Below are positions 14,306 through 25,800 of a stretch of 64,000 bases of DNA, in pieces (the stretch's first letter is position 1; every line of letters starts with the position of its first letter). The notes under the pieces were generated by a model. It was not told where the DNA came from. It did not search any database and saw only the letters and a program-made list of their open reading frames with translations. The stretch lies in the NCBI RefSeq assembly GCF_964355755.1, contig NC_092678.1, positions 16,473,881-16,537,880 on the forward strand. The letters run 5' to 3'. The stretch comes from Antedon mediterranea (lineage: Eukaryota; Animalia; Echinodermata). A program made the translations under genes and the position numbers.

Positions 14306-15235
14306 GCGCCAGACTGAACACATATCGGACAAGATATGCCTATCATGATTAAGAAGAATAAATTGAACATCATTGACGTTGAAAAGCGCTCTTTGCTTAT
14401 AATTGATCTTCTTGCACCAGACCCCTGACCAACGTACGCGGTAACTATCAATGGTCTTTGTACGTCAAGGATACAGTCTGATAGAGATACATATTACAGT
14501 TTGATACGCGCATGCGCAATAAGTGACTTTAACTATGTAGGAATGTGTAGATTATCTTGGTTTTTAGAATAAAAGTACTTTGGTCTGCTACACTGATAAC
14601 CATATTGCATTCGAATGATATACAATATTAAGCAAATTATAATTTAGTAAAAATATTTATGCAATTACAATTTTAAACACATTTTCAGGATTTAAAAATA
14701 CGAATTATTAAATGTCATTATACATAAGATAAATAACAATAGATTTACGGTAATTACAATAATAATGAATATTAAGTATGTACAGAATCTAGCTACTTAT
14801 TACAATTATTCCTAATTGATATAATTCTTTATTTTTACGCAGCGCCACCAGTGGCCCGGCATTTTGTAATATGATTTTATATATGTATGAAACGTCATGC
14901 GTGACAAAACATACGGTATTATTTTATTATTATTAGGCCGAATCGCTATTAATAGTACTACACTAGGTCGAAACATTCACAATACTTAAGAACAATCAAA
15001 AATGATTTACTCATGTGAAAACAAAATTAAATTTTTAATAATTTATAGCAATACTTTCTGCTACGCAATGCAAATACCAAACATTTTACAATTAAAACAA
15101 TTGAGTATGAATTGAAAATATTTTCTATGTACATTTTAAAGTTACATTTTCGATTGAATTTAAAAACCACAATAGGTCGGAAATCTATAGTTGCATAATA
15201 TTTGCGAAAGTTGAATATGACTGAAATGTCATGAT

Positions 15236-16776
15236 TTAGCAGCAGTCTTTTTTCATTTTCAAAACTCCATTATACTTCAGGCCACTGTCATCATCTGTTG
15301 AAAAGATAGAAATGTGTTAAATGAGCACAGTAGCATAAAACCTAATCATCATTATCACAAAAGTATATTATTGCCAGTTAATTAGTTGATTTCGTATGAC
15401 CAAAAACTGGTTATTTCGTTCTATTCAATGATCAGCCCATTTTAAACATTTACGATTGTGGCACTTAAAAAAATACACTGTGGTGTAATTATTTCAGTTT
15501 TCAAACACTAAAGCAAAGACAGGTAGCTCAAGTTTGACCAATCACAAGCGACAGTTCAGATGAGGCGTAGCTAAGTGATTGGTCAAATTACTCGCATTGG
15601 ACGTACATGACAGTGAGACCTTAGTGGGAGATAAATAATGATATAAACTCACACAGCCAGTCGTTTTCACTAGTTCCAGCCGTCTTGAAGTCCGGCAAAC
15701 TTTTTGTCAAAGAGTCCCAGGCGCCTTTACTGATAAAAACCCACGTTGCACCATGATCTTTACTGCGCATGTAACTGCGCATGTCCATGTGAATGCCATA
15801 GATGAGTCCTGTGAGCTGGTCAGATCCAATGACATTGTGTAGGTTCATTGGTAGAGCTATTGAAGAATATTTACATTTTTATACATATTAAAATAATAAT
15901 AGTGTAGGGATATATTTTTCATTTTAACATAAGAAAAATATTAATATAGGCCTATGCAATGTTCTGTTTATGTGCCTTTTTTTTAAATCGAAAAAAGTGA
16001 AAAAAAAAAGAAATTCATTGTTGTGTGGTCGCTATAAGCATTCAAGGAAAGCTGTAATGACAAAAGAAATGTAGGCACTACGCCTAACTATTCATTTTCT
16101 CCGAAAATCTCCGGGAGACAATGTCAGTGTTAGCCCTATTACTTATCGATTTATCAAGTTGGAGATTCCTCTTGCTGTCCATATCGATGTGTATGATAAC
16201 CCGTGGAAGTAAGTATGGAAGGTTTTGATATATCAGCCAGCCTCAATTTGTGCTATTATATGAGGGACATTACGTAAACAATCTTCATTGTTTTACCTTT
16301 CCAGCGTCCATCTGGTGGATTAGCTTGTACATAGCAGGACGGAACAAGCTTGTCTGATAGACGTCCAACTGAAGGGTTACAAGCAAAAATGACGTCATTA
16401 TCCGGATCGTCCAACTTCTTAGTTATGACAAAACCCCGGTCATAATAATCTGTCAAAATGATACAAACAAATCGATGAATTGTATTAAGTGAAAAATATC
16501 TTAAGTGTTGATTCTTCGACAAGTTTCTAAAAGTGAGACAGATAAAACCATGTTAAGTAGAAACGAGTCGTGCTCGGGGATATTCGTTTAGACTAATTTA
16601 GATATGTTTCAACAGTACTGAGACATGTATTGTAGATTGAGAAGTATTCAATACTTATATATATATAAACAAATCAGGCAAAGAACATTAATTCCAAACC
16701 GCCCGGTGATATACTGAAATTTAATTAATTAATTTGAAACGATAAAGATGAGGAAATCTGTGAGAATGAGAAAACA

Positions 16777-16840
<64 letters not shown>

Positions 16841-19800
16841 GGGGTAGTGTTGCTCGAAAGCTCTGCTAACTTTTCTGGCTGTTTACTTTATCGTTTTGAT
16901 TTAGCTTTTTGCTTTTTATTTTTGTATCTCCATTTAGATCCAGCCACTGTTACCCACAGCATTGTCATTTTTTCAGTAATTTGCCCTTGGATTTATATAT
17001 ATATTTATAAACCAATCAGGCAAAGAACATTAATTCTAAACCGCCCGGTGTTCCGCTGTACCACGCCGAGAATGTTAAAGAGTCGCTATCCAATCGAGTT
17101 TGAACAATATACCATGAAAGCCCCAGTGGTCTAATGGTTAGGACATCTGCATATAAAGCAGGCAGTCCGAGTTCGAGTCTCGGTTGGGGCGACTTTTTCT
17201 CATTCTCACAGATTTCCTCATCTTTATTGTTTCAAATTAATTAATTAAATTTCAGTATATCACCGGGTTTTTTATAATTAATGTTCTTTGCCTGATTTGT
17301 TTATACTGTATTATATTACCGGTATATATTATGTTTAAGCTCTTAGAGTTGTTCTAATGATGCGACGGAACTCCTTGTGCAATATTAGCTATACTATATA
17401 GAATTCTTTTTTACCAAACTTACCTGGAACTGGGCATTTACTAGCATCACTGACACACACAGTATGTTTTCCGTTTTCACACTTATGAGCACCAGCCACG
17501 CAACCATCGCACTGGCTAGATCCCCCACCATAATGGCAGACGCCTGTCTGAGATTCGGTCCATTTGCTGTACCTCATCACAGCTTCTTTTGCATATCTTA
17601 GTACTGAAGTTTCTGAAGAAAAAAAAGTACTATAACAATGGACAACCTTACTTATTTTGCTAAAACCCTCTTTCTAATAGACAATGTGTGCGTTTCTTTA
17701 TTACAAAATTACAGAGTTCATTTAGTGGTTTTCCATGGCGATCAAGATAGTACAGTATGTAGTCAGTATCGAAAAACCAAGTGCCCGATCACAACGCAAC
17801 AATTTGTATTTAGGTCAAAGTTTAAAACATTATTGCATTTATCCGATAATTATCTGATTTGAATGAGATAATTATCGGTTAATTTTTCTGCAGCGGAATC
17901 AGTTAAACCCCGTTTCCACATGAACTTTATCGGTAAATTATCGGTTAATGTTTGGCTGCACAAAAACGGTCTTGTGCAGTACGTAAGAACCATGTAATTA
18001 GTGTACCGTATTCAAAATCTAACATATGATACTCGCAGATAGCTGGTAGGATAGCGGTGCAGTCCATTATGTCCCAGTCACCAAGATCAGTACTGACATC
18101 TCTTGTATCGTAGACATCTACAAAAGCCGCAGCTCCGCAGTCTTCAGTCACACTTGTTCCGGGTCTGTTTGGTAGCCATTTTGTAAAAGACGCCGATGAC
18201 CCGTTTGTCCACTTGAAAGTATCAGTACCCTAGAACATATACATTGTTATAACTGAAGTCATAAGGAGTAAAATAAATGACATGTCATGTGATTAATCAT
18301 AGATTTGTCCTGTCAAAGTTAAGTTACGTCCCACTTCTCGTGTAGTTAGCACGGCCAGTTCATTACGGTAATTACGAATGACATGGGGTCTGATAGCCAT
18401 ACTCACCCCAACGTTTTTTAGACCAATCCAGTATTTGTATGGCGAGAGTGCTGGAACGAGGTCGCGAAGAAATTGCTGTTCAAACGTATCTTCAATCATG
18501 ACTAATTGCGCACTGTCTGCTTCACAGGCCGCCTTTGCTGCATCCCAAGTTTCTAGCGTGTCGTTGAACACTTTGTAACACGTTTCTTTGTAAGGTGTGT
18601 AACCAGACCGACATAAATCTAGAAGTACAGTGTAAGAGTTATAGAGTAATTATAATCAGCCGATTCATGTTTGTAACAATCATATACACACTCTTTTTAA
18701 CAACGTAACATATCGATCACATGTAAACTTGTATCAACGAAAGTTGGTTTGGTCGAGGAAGTCATCGTTATGATACACATGTGATCCTGTATCTACAACT
18801 TCTCTATGTTACAGGACAAATTGTCGATACCTTACCGATATTACAGTCATAATAAACATAATTCTGATTTGATAAGAATGGCTTAATGTTGTGAAAGAAA
18901 CATTTTTTAGGCGCCTTATGTTTAAAAACAGCCGTTAATTACGGCACATGCAATCCTCACAACCTGGAGAGATGCGCCTAATATTCATTTTAACATGGTT
19001 AGAATATTATGCAGACAATGTATAACTCTTTCAGATTAAACTGACACACTATCGTACACTTACCACCACCACCAACATCTGGTCTGTCCGAATACATAAA
19101 TTGAAAAGATTTTGTGCAAGAAAGAACTTTAGCGCTATTAGCAGTCGAGAACCACAACAAATCAGCCACGCCAACAAAGCGACGAGTGCCCGGAGCAGTT
19201 TTTCCGTTTTTGTCGATTCCTAGACGTACACGGAAAGTTGGTTTTGCGGCAATCTGAATGGTTCCAAGCTGTGAAATACATGCGAAATATTACTACGTCT
19301 ATCTTTGATTTCATTTAGAAAACCCCTCTCGACTTATATCATAATTCATTAAAACAGAGAAAGTAAAACACACCACCCAGCGAAATAAAGGCTGTAATAA
19401 TTGTAAACCTTTTAAATAATAACAAATCTGAAGAGTGAAAAAATCGATCCCAGCCAAGATCGAATCTGTTATCCTGATGCAGACAGACCTTACACTTCAT
19501 TAATAAGTATATGAATGTTTCTGAACATGTTACTGAAGGTACTACACTGGCCATCCACCTGTTTCCTAATCTTTCAAAATGTATCAGCGCTGTAGGTAAA
19601 CACCTAACATACTTAAAAGTACTCTTCCAAACCTTATTAACCAAGCTGACCGTGGGCCCTACACATAATTGAATCTGGTTTATTGTATAGAATAACTTAC
19701 ATTAAATCGTTTAAATCATTTAGAAAACCCCTGTCGACTTATATCACAAGTCAATAAAACAGAGAAGGTTACATTTCATTAATAGGTACGTTAATGTATT

Positions 19801-22800
19801 CTGAACTTGTTACACTGAAGGTACTACACTGGCCATCCACCCGTTTCCTAATCTTTTAAAATGTATCAGCGCTGTAGGTAAACACCTAACATACTTAAAA
19901 GTACCCTTCCAGCTGACCGTGGGCCCTAAACATAATTAAAGCTGGTTGATTGTAGAATAACTTACATTAAATCGAACAGGAGATGGTCCAGGCATGCTTG
20001 GGTTTACAGCTGGTGACTGGAACAGCTCTGTGTATTCTGATTCAAGTTTAATATATTGCACATTTTTCGACTTCATTATTGTGAAAGTTACATCTACTGC
20101 TTTTCCTGTTGAATCGTCATCGTGCCAAATACTAATCAGTATTATTACATCATCACTGAAAATAACAACCAATAAATACTATTATGGAAATCAAATTAAA
20201 GTGGTACCACAATCACTATATCCCAATACTTATAGGACTTCAAGAGTGAACATATCTGCCGTAGGCCTACTTAGGGAAAAGGGCTTATCTACAGAAAGTT
20301 ACTTTTGAGTAAAACGTGTTTTTGTTTTTCATTATAAAAGTTTCATGTAATATTTTATTTTCAAATGAATATATTTCAAAAGTATATTATTTAAAAATAT
20401 CTGACATCATTCGATTATTACTGTTTTATTTTGGGGGTCAATGTGCAGATAAAGCCTTTTTTTCAAATTATTTATACTTAAAAATGGCGGAAAATACTTC
20501 GAAAACATGGCACTTTTGTAGTTATTTTTTTTAGATTTTTGTTCAAAATTTACCAAAACATTTTGTAACTTTCGTTGAAATAAATTATAAATGCAATTTA
20601 GATTAGGTAATTTGTAAAAAGGCTTTTCTCTTGAAAGTATTAATCTGCCTCATTATAATTTTATATTCATCATACTGTTATCTGATTTTGTCAAAACGTC
20701 AAATGCCACGACTCAAATATCAATTGCCGCAACCAAAATGTCAAACCCAAAAATGTCAAACCCTTATGTAAAAATGGTTACATTTAAAAATCGTCAAACA
20801 TGAACAATGATTGCCAACGATCAAATACGAAGAATGCAATTATTTGCCTATTAAAAAATACACATGACAATTTCTGATAGTGTTCGCTAGTGTTAACTAG
20901 TTGAACCATTCTAATTTATCTTATTTCATTCATACAATTCTTCAATAATAAGAACAATTACTCTTACATTGCTTGTATCTGATACCAAACTTACCCTTTA
21001 TAAAAGGAATTATTTTCGTATGTTATCTTGAACGTTATCTTAGGCTTCGGAACTTCATTAATCAGCGTATAAACTGGTACTTCTCCAACCCAGATGTGAG
21101 CTTCGTCGCCAATCTGCATTCCAAGTCCTAACCAGTGCTCTGATCCATTGACCACCGCGTCTGTATCGTCTAGGACAACTTCAATTTCTAACGCCAATAT
21201 GTTATTGGAAGTATCTGGGTCGTTCACTTCAATAAATCCGTCGAACTGTGTCACCGACCAGTCTTTAAGGATGTCGAAATCATCATCATTAGCAATGTAC
21301 TGCGTCTGAGGAGCGTAGTAGCAGAACTCTGTCGAATACGTACAGAATAAGGAGTCACTGACATACGAAACGGACACTTTGTTGATACTCCACTGCTCAC
21401 TTGTCTTGTTAGTCGTGACGTTGTATGGTAGTGTGACTTCAATTGCAGGATCAGCGATACCTTTTGGAAACTCAACAATGAGGTTCATATGCACCTTTTG
21501 ACCAACGTTAACATAAACATTACCATCTGCAGACTGCTCAGTGATGTTCATCACGAAATGCGGTAGTTTACTGAAAACTGCGTTTGACACTCCTTCTGCG
21601 GTGACTAAGCCATTAAATATGTCAGTTAATTCAGCAGTTATAGTTAGACGTAAAATAGCTCCAGGTTTTACATCGGCTACAAAGAAATTTTTGTATGAAC
21701 AATAAATACAGATTTGTTATTGTATATATCTAAAATAATGCAAATTAGGAAGACATTAAAACTATAATGTTCACTTCAAAGACGATTGGTGTTATATTTC
21801 TTGTCAAATACATGCCTTAAACTACGAAAGCATAAGTTTTGTTAGCACTTGCTGAAGTAATTACGATTTGACACAATGAAGCAATGTAGGCATATACGGT
21901 TACCGGAGGGATCTATAGGAACTGTTATAATGTTAGTTGGGGTCTGCACATTAATTCAAAAAAATACTGTTACAAAAGACTATATATATATATATATACA
22001 AATCCAAAGGCAAATTACTGAAAAAATGATAATGCTGTGGGTATCAGTGGCTGGATTTCAATGGAGATACAAAAAAATATATCAATTTGATAATAAATGT
22101 GATCTGATAGGCTAACCACATCAGCTTTATAGGAACAAGGATATAGTAATCATTTGGGTTTAACAACTTATAGTGTAAATTAATATTTTGGCTAAACAAA
22201 TACCAAAAAAAAGATTCGATTAAAATACCATTAACAGTGGAATTGATGGTCCCTTCAAATTGAATGTCAGATGAAAATAAACTGTTATTACTAAAAAACA
22301 AAGTAATTTCTGATGCAGAGACCAGGGTGACCGTTAAGTTGCTCTGAAAAATACAATGCTTTCCGTAAGTACATCTGATAGCAAATCTGGCTTTAAAAAA
22401 AACAGTTGATTGGTCAAATGAAGAAGAAACCCAGCAATAGGTAAATATCTTAAGCGGTAATGTAAATAGAATCTCCGAGATTAAAGTCGGCAAAGTCGAA
22501 TCATTTTTTTATATTATAGAGAAAAGACCTATATCTATTGTTTGACATACCATTACATTAAGTTATATTTAATGATTTCACTGCTAAAATCACACGTCAC
22601 ACTATTTATTATGACCACAACATTACCCCGCTAACCCGTTATTTTGAAAAAAATACAAATGAAAATCATACCGTCATGGTTGAGTCGGTTATTCCGTTTC
22701 CTGTTAAAGTCCATATAAAATGATCTGCCGACAGGTCGAACTGAAAAAGATGTTTACTATAAATACCTCCCATTATATCGGTGCTGTATCTAGATTTGCC

Positions 22801-25800
22801 CAGTATCATAGAAATAGTTGGTAATACGACATCACATGTGTTTCACATGTTTCCCCTGGTCATATCATAATCAAATATTCCTCTGATACTTGGAAACATA
22901 TCTGGAAGATACAGCACTGAGAATCGGGTAATAATTACACTCAACCAGTATTTAGTATACTATAGACATTATGTTCCGCGTATACGTATAGGCTTATGTA
23001 TCCATGTCGACATACGACACATGAATTCGTAGCTTGTTTCATTTGGCCAAATTCATACAGACATGTGATCCGTTGTTCTCAGTAGGCTTACGGTGGATTT
23101 TATCGTCTGGCTAACATTTTAGTTCTTTGTTGCTTTAATTAACACTTTTTCTCTTGTTAATAGTTTATGTTTATGATAACTCATAACCTACCAGTGTCAC
23201 TGATGAAATATAATATAGAAATGTGTTTTTAACAATTAAATCTTAAAGGTATAGTTAACGTGTAACATTCAATCCATACAAAATGCACAGAAAATCTGGA
23301 TCACGCGCTGCTAACGTCACACTACACGCACACATTGTGACGTACGCGAATTTCAACCATTATATGCGAATTTCACCCATTATATGCGACTACGGAGTTT
23401 TCCCATTCTACTTATTCCATAACTCATTATACCATTCATATGTATTCTCAACTGAGAATCATCGACGCACAGCTCAACAAAGGTGCAAGTTTTGGAACAC
23501 TAATAATCGTTATTTCCGATGCTGTAAGTGCATGCAAGTATTGCATGAATACAGTACCACAAAAAAAACAACAAAATGGAAAACATTACGTCCAAATAAT
23601 CACCTTATAGCCGCCGACTTAAATTAAGAATAACCCCCAAAAAAATTAATATATATATGCCTAGACATTTGATGAAATATAAATTATTGGCATGGTCAGA
23701 AACACTGTGTATACTATGTATGTATCTTTTTAGTTAATTACCTCCATATTTTCTGCTGTAAGGTTGACGTTAAAGCCTGTTTCTGACGTCAATCCAGCAC
23801 TCTTCACCAAGAGGTGCGTCTTCACTTCATCTCCAATTCCGTAATATGTTTTCGAATCTTCTACGATTGCGCTCGCATCCATGCGAGCTGAAAGTATACG
23901 TTGCCGGTATTAATATACAATTAGATAATAACAATAAAAATAAGAATTATTATACAAATAATTTATTTTTATTTATTTAAAAATTGACTGCACTATTTAA
24001 CGAGGCATAATTGACCAATACAATTGCAGGTGTATTATAAATTTATCTATACGATGGTCTGCTATCAGATTATTTACTTATTTGTAATCTATTACATTTT
24101 ATATCGTTTTTTAATAGTTGAATGTGTCATCAAAAGGATATTGATTAATTTTGTTTGCATAATTATTTCGTTGTGTCCAACCTAATAGTGTGTGTGCAAT
24201 AATGTGTAAATACAGTTGTTTGAATCTTAATCATATTGTTTTAAACAGTTATTCATTATTAATTTAAAGCTAGCTTGGTTCATATTAGAAAAATACATCC
24301 TCCCGTTGTCTTTCATTTTTTTGCAGAATCCATTACTACAGAACGGGGAAGATCCGCAAATGTATTCACAATCGCCTCTACTTTGGGTTTATCATTGAAG
24401 CAAAACGAAACAATCTGCGCGAAATGCATGTCGGTATTTAAAGCTAGCCGCTTAAATTATTATAATCGACTTCTCTTTCAGATTTTTACCCGTTTAAAGA
24501 AAACAAAAATGATCGAAATATAGGCCCATTTAAGGTTCATTTTTACAAGAAAAAATGTAGTCTGTAATCCTAATATAGACCATACACAATATGTAGGGAA
24601 TGCATCTGTTATCAAAATGTACTCGATGGAACTCTTAATCGCCAATAATATTATAATAAGGTAAACATATCTTATTTCTATCAGGTCATAGTTTAATATG
24701 TTACTCTCCAATTCTCCACACTATGCTTTTAAAATATTTCGTCAATTTAAAATTATTTCGGGAACTGAGTGGACATCGCGTCCATTTTCGTCTTACATTT
24801 TTTTGTTCTAAAGAGTGTTTTTACAAGCACATTTGACTTAATTGTGAGTATAGGTACAAAAATGTAAATTAAAAATGGGCTCGTTGACCACAACGTGTGC
24901 CATTTGTATCTTGACCTACAATTTGTGTTAGCAATTTCATTTTAATATTAAAATTGAATATTTACTTGTTAAAATATATAATCCTCTTGGAAACATAAGT
25001 CGACTATCGCTACTTTCCTTTGATGATACTCCAGTCGTTCTATCACCTCGATATATAACCCCGGCGTCGTCTGTCCAGTACAGATAGCTTCCATAGATAT
25101 CAATCCGAAACGGGTGATTCAGCCCAGTTATAATCGTTCTTCTGTTAGTTCCGTCGAGGTGAGCTTCCTCAATTAACCTACTGCTGTAATCACACCAATA
25201 CATCTTTCCATCTTGAGAATAATGAAAAACGAAAATGAGAGAGAGAGAGAGACGTATATACGATTGAATACTGTACTTGAACACGCCTATTAAGTTTTAA
25301 CAAAACGATAATTTGAAGCACGTGACCTTTTAGTAGGCGCGCAAAAATGGGTTATCATGCATTTAGTTCAAATGAAAAAAAGTTCTCAAGAGACTGAATC
25401 ACAATGTACAACGTAAAAAAAATGTTATAACTCATTGAGAAAAGGAAAGTGTACTCAACTGTAAGCATAGCTTTGATTATAGGGTCTAACCAACTGTCAT
25501 ACTTTGTGCCTAACGAGTCGAAATATCATTCTGCGCATGCTCATGTGTTTCTGAAAGTGCGCAGGATTGTCCTTTTACTCGAAAGACGCGTGGCGCATCG
25601 TGTAAACGCAAAGTCGCTAATGTCAGGAAGTAAAATAAGACGCCGACTCTACTAACATGCAGTACATTGAATTCCAAAGTGATAACCCCACGTACGTACA
25701 TTTCACATGATTTTGTAGTATCATGCACGAGCAATACAATGCTGAGCCAGTACAAGTCACGGATGCGCACACATACACGTAATTGTATTGCCATATGATT

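Noticed and set aside
15236-15250. Terminal CC as a Rab-type geranylgeranylation signal
   Set aside because: The protein has a signal peptide and extracellular disulfide domains, whereas Rab prenylation is cytosolic and REP-dependent.
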